A stretch of 61,376 nt of DNA, filler included. It is 4 parts of 4 records of this genome, joined end to end, with 100 filler letters (N's around TTAATTAATTAA, not from the genome) between each part and the next. Parts side by side here need not be neighbours in the genome. Positions count along the whole stretch, not along the records: positions 1 to 22,554 come from DRR378314_2050; positions 22,655 to 41,884 come from DRR378314_2057; 2 more parts are not named here. One strand, written 5' to 3'. Of this stretch, positions 20,900 to 31,968 are shown piece after piece. The position numbers and the translations under genes are program-made. The first letter of the stretch is position 1. Each line of letters starts with the position of its first letter. The notes beneath the pieces were generated by a model. It did no database searches, was not told where the DNA came from, and worked only from the letters and a program-made list of their open reading frames with translations.

Positions 20900-21358
20900 A
20901 TGTTACCAGCGTTACGCCCCTACTCAGACATTCCCGCGAATGTCCCCGCCGTCTCAGTATTTACTGTCACCGACACGGTTGCGAACCCATCCGGGACTGG
21001 TGGCGCGACCGGGTCCGAGTTTGCCAACAGTCGGCTCGCCAATTTCCTGAGTGATGACGCCGCGCCGCGTGATCGGGATCTCGACACGTTGATGAGCAGC
21101 GACAATCTGGCCCTGTATGACAATGGTCCGGACGAACAGGTCACTGAAAGCACCAGCCGGGCCGAAGTTGTGCCCGCTCCGCCGATTGAAACGGCCGAAC
21201 CCATCAGCCTGCCCCCTCTTGAAAACCTGCTGAACATCCAGATGGAACAAGCAGAGGCGCTGACACAGGACACCATGTTCCGTGGCATGTCCTCAGGAAG
21301 CTTCGCTCAGGAAATGTACACCAATACGCAGGACGTACTGTCCCGGATTGCCTCCTGA
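20900..21358 (+). CDS. Orphan acidic hypothetical protein (152 aa)
   Basis: Purine-rich RBS (GGAAAGGAAGAG) before ATG; followed by a terminator; no recognisable motif. Confidence 0.6.
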   Translation: MLPALRPYSDIPANVPAVSVFTVTDTVANPSGTGGATGSEFANSRLANFLSDDAAPRDRDLDTLMSSDNLALYDNGPDEQVTESTSRAEVVPAPPIETAEPISLPPLENLLNIQMEQAEALTQDTMFRGMSSGSFAQEMYTNTQDVLSRIAS

Positions 21359-21384
21359 TCTCAGCCGATTGACAACAATGGATA

Positions 21385-21423
21385 AAAAAAGACGCCCGGG
21401 GAATGTCTCCGGGCGTCTTTCTT
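21385..21423. terminator. Bidirectional intrinsic terminator between the orphan ORF and ileS
   Basis: A-run, GACGCCCGG..CCGGGCGTC stem, T-run. Confidence 0.85.
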
Positions 21424-21452
21424 GCTGAGCGTCTCGTTGGAACCGCGAGAGG

Positions 21453-22554
21453 TTAGCTGTCGAGTGCGCTGCTGCACCGCGCACACGTACCCGGATGGCT
21501 ATGGCCACCCACATCCGGCAGGATCTTCCAGCACCGCTGACACTTTTCGCCCTCGGCTTTTTCAAACACGACCGAAACGCCTTCGATTTCCGGCAGGCGA
21601 TACGCCTCGGCAGGGCTGGGATCGCCAGTGAGCTGCACGTCAGAAGTGATACAGACATCCGCGAAGTTCACCGTCTCCAGCGCCGCCAGCACTTCGGCCT
21701 CTCGCACATGCACCACGGGTGCCGCCTCCAGCGAGGCGCCGATAACCTTGTCGGTGCGCTGCACCTCCAGTGCGGCGGTCACAACACGACGGGCCTGACG
21801 CACCTTGGCCCATTTGGCGGCCAGCGGCTCGTTGATCCAGTCGCGCGGCGTGTCCGGCATGTCGATGAGATGCACCGAGCTGTCGTCGCCCGGGAACCGC
21901 TCCAGCCAGACCTCTTCCATGGTGAACACCAGGATCGGCGCCAGCCATGTGGTCAGACGGTGGAACAGGATGTCGAGCACGGTGCGCGCCGCACGGGCGT
22001 TCAGCGTGTCCCCATCACAATAGAGCGTGTCCTTGCGGATATCGAAGTAGAAGGCTGACAGATCCACGGTGGCAAAGTTGAAGATCGCCTGCCAGACACC
22101 GTTAAAGTCAAACGCTTTGTAGCCCGCTTTCACCGTGTGATCGAGCTCTGCCAGACGATGCAGCACCCATTGCTCCAGCTCCGGCATCTCGGAGGGGTCG
22201 ACCCGCTGATCCTCGCTGAAATCGCCAAGGCTGCCCAACATGAAACGCATGGTATTGCGCAGACGGCGATAGCTGTCGGCGGTGCCCTTCAGGATCTCCG
22301 GCCCGATGCGCTGGTCGGCGGTATAGTCGGTCTGCGCCACCCAGAGACGCAGGATATCGGCACCGTACTGTTTGATCACCGCTTCTGGAACGATGGTATT
22401 GCCGAGCGATTTGGACATCTTCATGCCCTTCTCGTCCAGCGTGAACCCGTGCGTCACCACGTTGCGATACGGCGCGCGGCCCTTGGTGGCGGAAGCCTGC
22501 AACAGGGAAGAATGGAACCAGCCACGGTGCTGGTCGGTGCCTTCCATGTAGACG
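21453..22554 (-). CDS. ileS: Isoleucyl-tRNA synthetase, C-terminal part (truncated by contig end)
   Basis: EGTDQHRGWF, KMSKS, YGADILRLWV, C-terminal CQRCW..CARC zinc finger. Confidence 0.97.
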
Positions 22555-22654
22555 NNNNNNNNNNNNNNNNNNNNNNNNNNNNNNNNNNNNNNNNNNNNTT
22601 AATTAATTAANNNNNNNNNNNNNNNNNNNNNNNNNNNNNNNNNNNNNNNNNNNN
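22555..22654. other. Artificial contig spacer
   Basis: 44 N + TTAATTAATTAA (stops in all six frames) + 44 N; base composition changes abruptly across it. Confidence 0.99.
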
Positions 22655-22705
22655 TAGCGTTGAAAGTAGCCGCTAGAGATAGATTTATTATCAAGTTCAG
22701 ATTAT

Positions 22706-23575
22706 TTAATTTTGCAATGCAAGAGATGCCATATTCATTACGCTTGTAAATGAGTCAGCACCTGCGATGAATAACCCATTGTGGCAAAAATTAGCATCCT
22801 CAATCCCTGTAACAGTTTGAAGTTCTTCGCCTGATAAACCAGCCCACTCTTTAGGTAACGGTTTTCTATCCTCAAATGAGCCCGGCTCTACTGGCACAGT
22901 TTGTATAATCCACTTACCCGAGTGAGATGGGTAAATCATATATAAAGCTTGATCTGACAAACTGTGAACCGTTTTTTTCCATGGAGTGTATTGCTTAAGA
23001 ATAATTACACGAGGGTCGTCTGCTTCAGTAATTACTTTCGCGACTATTTTTTTAGCCGCTGCACTGCCACTTGCAGAAGCAATAAAGCGCTTTAATAATC
23101 GCTGTGCAAATTCCACAGCTTCATTAAAGCATTCGTCAAAATTTCCGTCTTCTTGCCATGTTGGATTAAACATCGAGATTGTCTGACTCAAGCTTATACC
23201 TTGCTCAACCCCTTCAACATAGCCGCAATCTATTGCGTCAATTGTAGATACTAACCCTGCGTCAACAGAATCTGCTACTACTTGATTGCCTGCACAAAGA
23301 TCTAGGCCATACTTTTTCCACACTAGACCAAACGATGAAAAAGGAATCCCATTTTCTCGTGCACCTGCACCACCCCGTTGGTGGTGATCAAAACGCTCTG
23401 TCTCAGGGTCATACTCGTTACCTACATCAATTACAATATCGGCCTGGCTAATAACGTGCTTATCTCGTGTCCTAATTAGCGTTAGCGTCGGGAAAATAGT
23501 TTTAAGTACTGCAATACTGAATACATCATCAGCATGAAAATTACCATCGTGGGTAACCACTGTCATATCGGTCAT
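22706..23575 (-). CDS. MYG1 family metal-dependent hydrolase/exonuclease
   Basis: THDGNFHADDV, RTRD, DVG, FDHHQ, SSFGLVW, IDAIDCG, FCHNGLFI motifs. Confidence 0.88.
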   Translation of the reverse strand: MTDMTVVTHDGNFHADDVFSIAVLKTIFPTLTLIRTRDKHVISQADIVIDVGNEYDPETERFDHHQRGGAGARENGIPFSSFGLVWKKYGLDLCAGNQVVADSVDAGLVSTIDAIDCGYVEGVEQGISLSQTISMFNPTWQEDGNFDECFNEAVEFAQRLLKRFIASASGSAAAKKIVAKVITEADDPRVIILKQYTPWKKTVHSLSDQALYMIYPSHSGKWIIQTVPVEPGSFEDRKPLPKEWAGLSGEELQTVTGIEDANFCHNGLFIAGADSFTSVMNMASLALQN

Positions 23576-23717
23576 TGGGTCATCATTTTTAAAAAGAGGA
23601 AAAAGAAGTTACTTGAGCAAATAAAGTTGCAGTTCGAGTATAACGAAGCTCGCCGTTAATTGCAGTAAGGGAGAGGTGTGTGAAAGCCACTATTGAAAAT
23701 TAGCGCTTTTAAAAACC

Positions 23718-23753
23718 AAAACAGGTTGTAACCCGAAGGCTACAACCTGTTTT
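23718..23753 (-). terminator. Terminator of the rpsP-rimM-trmD-rplS operon
   Basis: AAAACAGGTTGTA..TACAACCTGTTTT inverted repeat just past the rplS stop. Confidence 0.85.
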
Positions 23754-23777
23754 ATCTGCGTTGATAAACAGCGCGTA

Positions 23778-24137
23778 TTAGTTAAGTTTTTCTCTAATAC
23801 GTGCAGATTTACCAGAACGCTCACGTAGATAGTAAAGCTTAGCACGGCGAACTGCACCGCGACGCTTAACTGTTACGCTATCGATAAGAGGGCTGTGCGT
23901 TTGGAATACACGCTCAACACCTTCACCGCTCGAGATTTTACGAACTGTGAATGCTGAGTGAAGACCACGATTACGCTTAGCGATTACAACACCTTCAAAG
24001 GCCTGTAGACGCTCTTTAGCACCTTCTTTTACACGTACCTGTACAACTACTGTATCACCAGGGCCGAATGCTGGTACGTCTGTTTTAAGCTGCTCATTTT
24101 CAAGCGCTTTAATAATATTTTGGTTTACTTTTGCCAT
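23778..24137 (-). CDS. rplS: 50S ribosomal protein L19
   Basis: [34 protein letters not shown]. Confidence 0.98.
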   Translation of the reverse strand: MAKVNQNIIKALENEQLKTDVPAFGPGDTVVVQVRVKEGAKERLQAFEGVVIAKRNRGLHSAFTVRKISSGEGVERVFQTHSPLIDSVTVKRRGAVRRAKLYYLRERSGKSARIREKLN

Positions 24138-24170
24138 TATGTTTCTCACTTTCCTAGGTGTAACTGTCTT

Positions 24171-24938
24171 CTAGCCACAAGCTTTTTGGTACTCTTGCTG
24201 AAATTTTGCGAGTAATACCGCTTGCTCCTCAGTCAGAGCTAGGTTATGCAACAAGTCAGGACGTCGTAACCAAGTTCTGCCTAGTGACTGCATTTGCCGC
24301 CATTTAGCTATCTCTTGGTGGTTTCCACTGAGTAATACAGAAGGAACCTGTTTGTCGTCCAATGTTTCTGGCCGTGTATAGTGAGGACAATCTAGCAAGC
24401 CATCCGAAAATGAATCTTGCTCTGCTGATTGGTTATGTCCTAACACACCTGGCACTAATCGCGCTACTGCGTCAATTAATGTCATGGCAGGTAGTTCACC
24501 ACCACTCAAAATAAAATCACCAATTGACCATTCTTCATCAACGTATGACTCTATTATTCTCTCGTCTATACCTTCATAGCGACCGGCAATCAAAATCAGC
24601 TTTTCAGAGTTTGCGAGTTCGCTCGCCCCTTGCTGATCCAATTTGCGCCCTTGCGGGGACATATAAATTACTTTTGCACCATCACCTGCCGCTTTTTTTG
24701 CGTCAAGAATGGCTTGTTTCAATGGTTCAACCATCATTAACATACCGGGTCCGCCCCCGTAAGGACGGTCATCTACGGTTCTATGCTTATCAGTTGCATA
24801 GTCTCGTGGATTCCAGCAATTAAAGTCGATTAAACCACTTTTTACTGCGCGACCTGTTACACCTTGCTGTGTAATGGCATCAAACATGTCCGGGAAAAGG
24901 CTGATAACCCCTACCCACAACGAACTCGTTTGACTCAT
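24171..24938 (-). CDS. trmD: tRNA (guanine37-N1)-methyltransferase
   Basis: [42 protein letters not shown] overlap with rimM. Confidence 0.98.
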   Translation of the reverse strand: MSQTSSLWVGVISLFPDMFDAITQQGVTGRAVKSGLIDFNCWNPRDYATDKHRTVDDRPYGGGPGMLMMVEPLKQAILDAKKAAGDGAKVIYMSPQGRKLDQQGASELANSEKLILIAGRYEGIDERIIESYVDEEWSIGDFILSGGELPAMTLIDAVARLVPGVLGHNQSAEQDSFSDGLLDCPHYTRPETLDDKQVPSVLLSGNHQEIAKWRQMQSLGRTWLRRPDLLHNLALTEEQAVLLAKFQQEYQKACG

Positions 24939-25474
24939 TAAAAGCCAGGATCCCAGTCTACGGTAATTTCTCTCGCTTCGTGTTTAACTTCTTTAATAAC
25001 TGAATCAGTTAAAAATGGAATTAAACGCTCGGCTTGGCCAAATGCATCTTTATTATTTGCTTTCACAACTAATACGTCATTTGAGCCTGTCTCCATCAGG
25101 TCATCAACAGTGCCTAAGTTATAACCTTTATCAGTTACAACCGACATGCCAATGAGATCTCGCCAATAGAATTCACCTTGCGGTAATTCTGGTAGCTGCG
25201 CTGAATCCACAGAGATTTCAACATTGGTATAAGCCATTGCTTGGTCTCTGTCGTTTACTTGCGCAAACTTAGCGATAAAGCCTTTGTTGTGGCGACGCCA
25301 GTCGACCACTTCTAAGGATTGCCATTTACCTTGCTGCCCTATCAACCACGGGCTGAAATCGAAGATCCCTTGGGGATCATCAGTAAATGAATGTACCTTA
25401 AGCCAGCCCTTTATACCATACGGGGCACCGAGCTTTCCTACGACAATTATTGATGAGGTGTTCTCTTGACTCAT
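24938..25474 (-). CDS. rimM: Ribosome maturation factor RimM
   Basis: [38 protein letters not shown]. Confidence 0.97.
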   Translation of the reverse strand: MSQENTSSIIVVGKLGAPYGIKGWLKVHSFTDDPQGIFDFSPWLIGQQGKWQSLEVVDWRRHNKGFIAKFAQVNDRDQAMAYTNVEISVDSAQLPELPQGEFYWRDLIGMSVVTDKGYNLGTVDDLMETGSNDVLVVKANNKDAFGQAERLIPFLTDSVIKEVKHEAREITVDWDPGF

Positions 25475-25491
25475 GGTTACACTTACGCCTA

Positions 25492-25740
25492 TTAAGCCGC
25501 TTTACGAGCGTCTTTAACTAACTTAGCTACACGATCTGAAAGACCTGCGCCTTGACCTACCCAGTGATCAACACGAGATAAATCTAAACGAACTTTTTCT
25601 TCCTGACCTGAAGCAATTGGGTTAAAGAAACCTACTTTCTCGATGAAGCGACCGTCACGCGAGAAACGGCTATCCGCAACCACAATTTGATAGAAAGGGC
25701 GTTTTTTAGCGCCACCACGTTGCAAACGAATAGTTACCAT
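25492..25740 (-). CDS. rpsP: 30S ribosomal protein S16
   Basis: [25 protein letters not shown]. Confidence 0.99.
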   Translation of the reverse strand: MVTIRLQRGGAKKRPFYQIVVADSRFSRDGRFIEKVGFFNPIASGQEEKVRLDLSRVDHWVGQGAGLSDRVAKLVKDARKAA

Positions 25741-25807
25741 ACCGTCCTCTAAATAGATTGACTGTTTTCATTAATAAGATTTACTCCCCAGTATGGGGAG
25801 CTGGGGA

Positions 25808-25835
25808 ATTGTACGAGTTTTTAGCAACAATGCAA
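25808..25835 (-). promoter_or_regulatory. Putative sigma70 promoter of the rpsP operon
   Basis: Minus strand TTGCAT-N16-TACAAT, followed by a leader hairpin CTCCCCA-TAC-TGGGGAG. Confidence 0.6.
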
Positions 25836-25930
25836 GTAAGAAGTGATCTAAAATCCCAGTTAAGTAGATTAAACACTGATCTGTGCGTCAAATAAGGTGT
25901 CGTAAGCAATTGAATGCATAAATTATCCAC

Positions 25931-25957
25931 AAAAAAAGAGGCGTTTTGCCTCTTTTT
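25931..25957 (-). terminator. Terminator after ffh
   Basis: AAAAAGAGGC..GCCTCTTTTT hairpin with A/T runs. Confidence 0.8.
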
Positions 25958-25999
25958 AAAATAAATTTGACTATTTAATATGCAAAATTGATTGCGATA

Positions 26000-27379
26000 T
26001 TAAAATTTAGGACCGCCGCCGCCCATCATACCCGGTGGCATCATGCCTTTCATTCCGCGCATCATTTTTTGCATGCCGCCTTTACCTTTCATCTTTTTCA
26101 TCATTTTTTGCATTTGGGTAAACTGTTTTAGTAGTTTATTTATTTCTTGTACTTGTGTACCAGAGCCTGCTGCAATACGTTTTTTACGCGAGCCTTTGAT
26201 GATTTCTGGACGCGCACGCTCTTGTTTTGTCATTGAGCTGATGATTGCTTCCATTTGAATAAAGGTTTTATCACCCATTTGGCCTTTTACAGCATCAGGT
26301 AAATTTGACATACCCGGTAGCTTATCAAGCATCGACATCATACCACCCATATTTTTCATCTGCTTTAATTGCTCTGCAAAATCATCCAGGGTAAAGCCGT
26401 TACCTTTAAATACTTTTTCAGCAACCTTGGCTGCTTTTTCCTTATCGACTTTCATTTCGACTTCTTCGATTAATGAAAGTACGTCACCCATACCTAATAT
26501 ACGCGACGCGATACGGTCAGGGTGGAAAGGTTCAAGTGCATCGGTGCGCTCACCCACACCCATAAACTTAATTGGCTTACCGGTAATGTGACGAATAGAT
26601 AAAGCAGCACCACCACGTGCATCACCATCTGTTTTGGTTAAGATCACACCTGTAAGCGGGAGTGCTTCATCAAATGCTTTAGCCGTATTAGCCGCATCTT
26701 GACCCGTCATCGCATCGACAACAAATAAAGTCTCGATTGGGTTAATCGCACTATGCAGCGCTTTGATTTCATCCATCATGTCATTATCAACATGCAAACG
26801 ACCCGCGGTATCGACTAATACCACATCAATGAATTTCTTCTTCGCGTGAGAGATTGCCGCATTGGCAATATCGACTGGTTTTTGTGAAATATCACTTGGG
26901 AAGAAATCTACATCAACTTCGCTCGCTAATGTTTCAAGCTGTTTAATCGCCGCAGGACGATACACATCGGCACTGACGACAAGTACTGATTTCTTTTTGC
27001 GCTCTTTTAAAAACTTTGCAAGTTTACCCACACTGGTAGTTTTACCCGCACCTTGTAAGCCTGCCATCATTACAACCGCTGGGGGCTGCGCATTTAAACT
27101 TAATTCTTCGTTTGCTTCACCCATGGCTTTTTCAAGTTCTTCGCGTACTATTTTTACGAAAACTTGGCCTGGGCTTAAGCTTTTGGTGACTTCAACACCA
27201 ACAGCACGTTCTTTTACTTGTTTTACAAACTCACGAACAACAGGCAACGCAACGTCTGCTTCTAAAAAAGCCATGCGCACTTCACGCAGCGTATCTTTTA
27301 TATTGTCTTCTGTTAGGCGTCCGCGGCCGCTAATATTTTTTAAGGTTTTACCTAATCGTTCTTGGAGATTCTCAAACAT
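26000..27379 (-). CDS. ffh: Signal recognition particle protein Ffh
   Basis: MFENL, GLQGAGKTT, DTAGR, TKTDGDARGGAALS, Met-rich M domain. Confidence 0.98.
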   Translation of the reverse strand: MFENLQERLGKTLKNISGRGRLTEDNIKDTLREVRMAFLEADVALPVVREFVKQVKERAVGVEVTKSLSPGQVFVKIVREELEKAMGEANEELSLNAQPPAVVMMAGLQGAGKTTSVGKLAKFLKERKKKSVLVVSADVYRPAAIKQLETLASEVDVDFFPSDISQKPVDIANAAISHAKKKFIDVVLVDTAGRLHVDNDMMDEIKALHSAINPIETLFVVDAMTGQDAANTAKAFDEALPLTGVILTKTDGDARGGAALSIRHITGKPIKFMGVGERTDALEPFHPDRIASRILGMGDVLSLIEEVEMKVDKEKAAKVAEKVFKGNGFTLDDFAEQLKQMKNMGGMMSMLDKLPGMSNLPDAVKGQMGDKTFIQMEAIISSMTKQERARPEIIKGSRKKRIAAGSGTQVQEINKLLKQFTQMQKMMKKMKGKGGMQKMMRGMKGMMPPGMMGGGGPKF

Positions 27380-27635
27380 ATAAAGGGTCCGATAAAACAT
27401 GATACCGATAGCATTTGAATCATTCAGCCCAAATTCTGAGCCAAAATTTATACTTATCAGTATTAATTTAAATTTTAATTAAAAACAGTATACCGTAAAT
27501 CTAGGCGCACAATACAGTATTCAAGTATGCAGTTTGAGTTTCTTTTTACAAAGCCTAGGTTTTTTCCTTACTATAAAATACAATGGGGCTAACTTAACAA
27601 GGATTATTTGACTCAAATTGAGTGGCCAAAGCACT

Positions 27636-28442
27636 ATGCTGATTATTAGTTTAACTATTATTGCCAGTTTATTTTACGTATTAGCGACTTCGCATGTGTT
27701 GTCTCGTTTGTTCCATCAACAAGGTCCAAGCCAAAAACTCACTATCGTACTGAGTACAGTTGCAATATTAGCCCATATGTTATTGTTAGTTAATTCAGTA
27801 TTTCGGGCTGATGGCCAAGACCTCAGTATTGTAAATGTTGCATTGCTAACGTGCTGGGTCATTGTTGTGTCGGTTACAACTGTGTCGCTTAAATTCCCCG
27901 CTACACTTTTACTGCCTGTTGTATATGGCTTTGCCGCTATTTTAACGTTTTCTAGCTTATTTATTCCGCACCATATTTTGTTGCAAAGTATTGATGTAGA
28001 CATTGCCCTAGTTACGCATATCTCGTTGTCATTGCTTGCTTACTGCGTTCTGATAATCGCCACTTTATATGGCGTCCAATTTTACTTTATTGATAAACGA
28101 TTAAAACGCAAAGATCTTGCTATTGTCCATAGCCATTTACCTCCTTTGATGGTGGTTGAACGCCAGCTTTATCATCTACTTACGCTTGGAACTAGTTTAC
28201 TGACAGCCGCCTTGCTATCTGGCTTTGTATTTTTAGATGGTATGTTTGATAGTGAATTTATTCATAAGACTATTTTATCATTAGTTGCATGGGCCATATT
28301 TGCTATTGTGACTGTAGGGCATATAGTTAAAGGCTGGCGTGGCAAACCAATTGTATTGGCAATAATGGTCGCGGCATTTACCTTAACGCTCGCCTATTTT
28401 GGTAGCCGTTTTATACAAGAAGTTATTCTGAATAAGTTTTAA
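27636..28442 (+). CDS. ypjD: YpjD-like inner membrane protein (cytochrome c assembly family)
   Basis: Multiple TM segments, HKTILS, GWRG, LAYFGSRF; divergent from ffh as in enterobacteria. Confidence 0.88.
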   Translation: MLIISLTIIASLFYVLATSHVLSRLFHQQGPSQKLTIVLSTVAILAHMLLLVNSVFRADGQDLSIVNVALLTCWVIVVSVTTVSLKFPATLLLPVVYGFAAILTFSSLFIPHHILLQSIDVDIALVTHISLSLLAYCVLIIATLYGVQFYFIDKRLKRKDLAIVHSHLPPLMVVERQLYHLLTLGTSLLTAALLSGFVFLDGMFDSEFIHKTILSLVAWAIFAIVTVGHIVKGWRGKPIVLAIMVAAFTLTLAYFGSRFIQEVILNKF

Positions 28443-28503
28443 CTTGACTCAGGCTGCTCACTACCGCTTAATACGCATTGATTTATAATAAAAGGATCCT
28501 TCT

Positions 28504-29772
28504 TTGGACAGCATATCGACGAGTGTTTTATTTATAATACTCGGTATTCTAATTTTATGTTCTGCATACTTTTCTGGCTCTGAAACGGGCATCATGTCAA
28601 TAAACAGAATTCGTCTGCGCCACCTCGCTAAAGAAAACCATCGCGCTGCCAAACGCGTTAATAAGCTCTTGAGCCGTCCTGACAGACTCATCGGCTTGAT
28701 CCTAATTGGTAATAACCTGGTTAATATTGCTGCCGCTCAGGTTGCAACTATCATTGGTATCCGTTTGTACGGTGATTTAGGTATCGCTATTGCTACAGGC
28801 GTACTCACCCTTGTCGTACTTATTTTTGCCGAAGTGACGCCTAAAACCCTTGCCGCCCTATACCCTGAAAAAGTTGCTTTTCCAAGTTCGGTGGTATTAA
28901 AAGGGTTACTTAAAATTTTGTTCCCGTTTGTTGTCATAGTTAACTGGATGACCAACGGTATGTTACGTTTATTTGGTATTAGTGCTGCACAAATAGATGA
29001 GCACAGCATGAGTAAAGAAGAACTAAAATCTGTGCTGAATGAATCGGGTGCGTTGATCCCCGCTCGCCACCAAAGTATGTTGACTTCCATTTTAGATTTA
29101 GAACAAGTCACTGTTGAAGATATTATGATTCCGCGCAACGAAATAGTCGCGATTGATATCAACGATGACTGGAAACTAATAAGCAAGCAACTTACCCATG
29201 CTCAGCATACGCGTGTTCTCCTTTATCGCGACCAAATAGATGACGCTGTCGGCTTTATACATTCACGTGATGCATTACGCCTATTAACCAAAGAACAATT
29301 CGACAAGCCATCACTGTTACGTGCAGTGCGTGAGATATATTTTATCCCTGAAGGCACATCGCTTAATACTCAATTGTTTAAGTTCCAGCAATCAAAAGAA
29401 CGTATTGGCTTAGTTGTTGATGAGTATGGCGATATACAAGGTTTAGTCACACTTGAAGATATTCTTGAAGAAGTTGTTGGTGACTTTACAACAACCCAAA
29501 CACGCACGCCAAGTGAAGAAGTCATGCCTCAGGAAGATGGCTCATTTTTAGTTGACGGTGGTGCCAATGTGCGCGATCTAAATAAAGAAATGGAATGGGA
29601 ATTTCCTTTAGATGGCCCTAAAACACTCAGCGGTTTAATAATTGAATACCTAGAAGATATTCCTGATGCTAACCTAAGCTTACGTATTTCTGGCTACCCT
29701 ATTGAAGTGGTTGAAGTAAAAGAAAACATGATCAAGCTAGTACGTATTCAAACAAACAAGCGAAAAACCTAA
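28504..29772 (+). CDS. yfjD: HlyC/CorC (CNNM) family transporter
   Basis: FSGSET, ILIGNNLVNI, AEVTPKT, CBS pair (VVDEYG..GLVTLEDILEE), CorC domain; TTG start. Confidence 0.92.
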   Translation: MDSISTSVLFIILGILILCSAYFSGSETGIMSINRIRLRHLAKENHRAAKRVNKLLSRPDRLIGLILIGNNLVNIAAAQVATIIGIRLYGDLGIAIATGVLTLVVLIFAEVTPKTLAALYPEKVAFPSSVVLKGLLKILFPFVVIVNWMTNGMLRLFGISAAQIDEHSMSKEELKSVLNESGALIPARHQSMLTSILDLEQVTVEDIMIPRNEIVAIDINDDWKLISKQLTHAQHTRVLLYRDQIDDAVGFIHSRDALRLLTKEQFDKPSLLRAVREIYFIPEGTSLNTQLFKFQQSKERIGLVVDEYGDIQGLVTLEDILEEVVGDFTTTQTRTPSEEVMPQEDGSFLVDGGANVRDLNKEMEWEFPLDGPKTLSGLIIEYLEDIPDANLSLRISGYPIEVVEVKENMIKLVRIQTNKRKT

Positions 29773-29781
29773 ACAACCTCC

Positions 29782-29807
29782 GTGAGCAGCACTCGCTGCT
29801 CACTTTT
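29782..29807 (+). terminator. Terminator after yfjD
   Basis: GTGAGCAGC-ACTC-GCTGCTCAC followed by TTTT. Confidence 0.8.
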
Positions 29808-29904
29808 ATACTTACATTTCTGAATTTTCTGCTGTTATTTACCCTTTAAGTTATCAATACTAAGCTATTATTTGAACGCTAATGCATACTTAACGGAGAG
29901 TACA

Positions 29905-30741
29905 ATGGAAGATATTTCGATTGAAAGGATCTACACCCAAGCCATAGAGATGATAATGCTTTATGGGCCTAAGTTTCTTCTGGCTATATTTGTCTTAATA
30001 ATAGGTTGGTGGTTTATTGGCCGAGTTTCAACTATGACCGAAACCTCAATGAATCGTGTAAAATTGGAAGCCGGACTAACCCACTTTTTAGTGTCATTTA
30101 TTTCCGTTATTTTAAAAGTGCTGTTATTGATCTCGGTAGCATCAATGATAGGCATAGAAACCACATCATTTATTGCCATGCTGGGTGCTGCAGGGTTAGC
30201 TATTGGTATGGCTTTGCAAGGCAGCCTTGCTAATTTTGCAGGCGGTGTGCTTATTCTATTCTTTAAACCGTTTAAAGTAGGCGACGTCATTGAGGCACAG
30301 GGCTACATGGGTAAAGTCACTGAAATCCAAATATTCGTCACGGTACTGCTTACATACGATAATGAGAAGATTATTATTCCAAATGGTACGCTTTCTAACG
30401 GCTGTGTTAAAAATAAGTTTTCAGAGCCAACACGACGCATCGACATTGAATTTGGTATTAGCTATGAGGATGACGTACTTAGGGCAAGAGAAGTATTAAT
30501 GGGTGTGTTAAATGAGTACGAGCTTGTGCTACAAGACGATGCAAAAAAACCCGTGGTACATGTTAGCCAACACGGTGATAGTCACATAGGAATGCTTGTT
30601 TGGGCATGGGTTGACTCTGAAAACTATTGGCCAGTTTATTTTGGTTTATTCGAACGTGTTAAAATTGCGTTTGATAAAGAAAATATCACAATTCCTTTCC
30701 CGCAACGCGATGTTCATATACATCAATTTCCTGGTAAATAG
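29905..30741 (+). CDS. mscS: Small-conductance mechanosensitive channel
   Basis: GAAGLAIGMALQGSLANFAGG, KPFKVGD, IPNG, IPFPQRDVH; GGAG RBS before ATG 29905. Confidence 0.93.
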   Translation: MEDISIERIYTQAIEMIMLYGPKFLLAIFVLIIGWWFIGRVSTMTETSMNRVKLEAGLTHFLVSFISVILKVLLLISVASMIGIETTSFIAMLGAAGLAIGMALQGSLANFAGGVLILFFKPFKVGDVIEAQGYMGKVTEIQIFVTVLLTYDNEKIIIPNGTLSNGCVKNKFSEPTRRIDIEFGISYEDDVLRAREVLMGVLNEYELVLQDDAKKPVVHVSQHGDSHIGMLVWAWVDSENYWPVYFGLFERVKIAFDKENITIPFPQRDVHIHQFPGK

Positions 30742-30758
30742 AACGATATCAGGTAGCA

Positions 30759-30790
30759 CAAAAAAACCACCCATCTGAGGGTGGTTTTTA
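30759..30790. terminator. Bidirectional terminator between mscS and aroC
   Basis: AAAAAACCACCC..GGGTGGTTTTT. Confidence 0.85.
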
Positions 30791-30804
30791 CATATTAATG
30801 CTTA

Positions 30805-31902
30805 TTAAACAGCGCCGTTAATAGGCCCATGTTCATGTTTAACATGTGGGTTTTGGCCACGTTGGCGCAGTAAGTGATCCATTAGCGTGATGGCCATCAT
30901 AGCTTCTGCAATCGGAATTGCCCGAATACCAACACAAGGGTCGTGACGACCTTTTGTGATCATCTCAACGGCTTCGTTTTCAGTATTAATACTGTTGCCT
31001 GGTATCGTAATACTTGAGGTTGGTTTAAGTGCTATTGAAGCAATAATATCTTGCCCAGTAGATATACCCGCCAATACACCACCTGCGTGGTTTGACGTGA
31101 AGCCCTCTGGTGTTAGTTCATCACGGTGCTCTGACCCTTTTTGCTCAACCACATCAAAGCCATCACCAATCTCAACACCCTTAACGGCATTGATGCTCAT
31201 GAGTGAGTGTGCAAGCTCTGCATCTAGCCTATCAAAAACCGGCTCGCCTAAGCCTACAGGAACGTTTTTAGCGACTACTTTGACTTTAGCGCCTACTGAA
31301 TCACCTTGTTTTTTAAGGTCACGCATATACTCGTCTAATGCTTCAATTTTACTGGCGTCAGGAAAGAAAAACAGATTGTTTTCTACTTCATCCCAATCAT
31401 AGTTCTCAGCTTTAATTGGACCAAGCTGACTTAGGCATGCGCGTACTTCAATACCGTGAAATTGCTTTAGGTATTTTTTGGCAATACTGCCAGCAGCAAC
31501 ACGAATTGCAGTTTCACGTGCCGATGAACGGCCACCACCGCGATAATCGCGTAAACCATATTTGTGCCAATAAGTGTAATCACCGTGACCAGGGCGAAAA
31601 ACGTCTTTAATTTTACCGTAATCTTTTGAGCGCTGATCGGTGTTTTCAATCAGTAAACCAATGCTAGTACCTGTGGTTTTACCTTCAAATACACCTGATA
31701 GAATCTTAATTTGATCATCTTCTCGGCGCTGCGTGGTATAACGACTTTGCCCCGGTTTACGACGATCTAAATCTATTTGTAAATCGGCCTCTGTGATTTC
31801 AAGACCTGCGGGTGTACCGTCCACAACGCCGCCTAACGCAACGCCATGGCTTTCACCAAAGGTGGACACTTTAAACAGTTGTCCTATGCTATTACCTGCC
31901 AT
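30805..31902 (-). CDS. aroC: Chorismate synthase
   Basis: [30 protein letters not shown]. Confidence 0.98.
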   Translation of the reverse strand: MAGNSIGQLFKVSTFGESHGVALGGVVDGTPAGLEITEADLQIDLDRRKPGQSRYTTQRREDDQIKILSGVFEGKTTGTSIGLLIENTDQRSKDYGKIKDVFRPGHGDYTYWHKYGLRDYRGGGRSSARETAIRVAAGSIAKKYLKQFHGIEVRACLSQLGPIKAENYDWDEVENNLFFFPDASKIEALDEYMRDLKKQGDSVGAKVKVVAKNVPVGLGEPVFDRLDAELAHSLMSINAVKGVEIGDGFDVVEQKGSEHRDELTPEGFTSNHAGGVLAGISTGQDIIASIALKPTSSITIPGNSINTENEAVEMITKGRHDPCVGIRAIPIAEAMMAITLMDHLLRQRGQNPHVKHEHGPINGAV

Positions 31903-31968
31903 TAACTTTCCTCATTCCTAATGACTACTGAGTACCGAGCCTAAGGCTCGGCTTTAAATTTTGCCTGT

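Noticed and set aside
22555..22654. TTAATTAATTAA palindrome repeated three times in the window
   Set aside because: Always centred in exactly 88 N; it is a synthetic six-frame-stop linker, not biology
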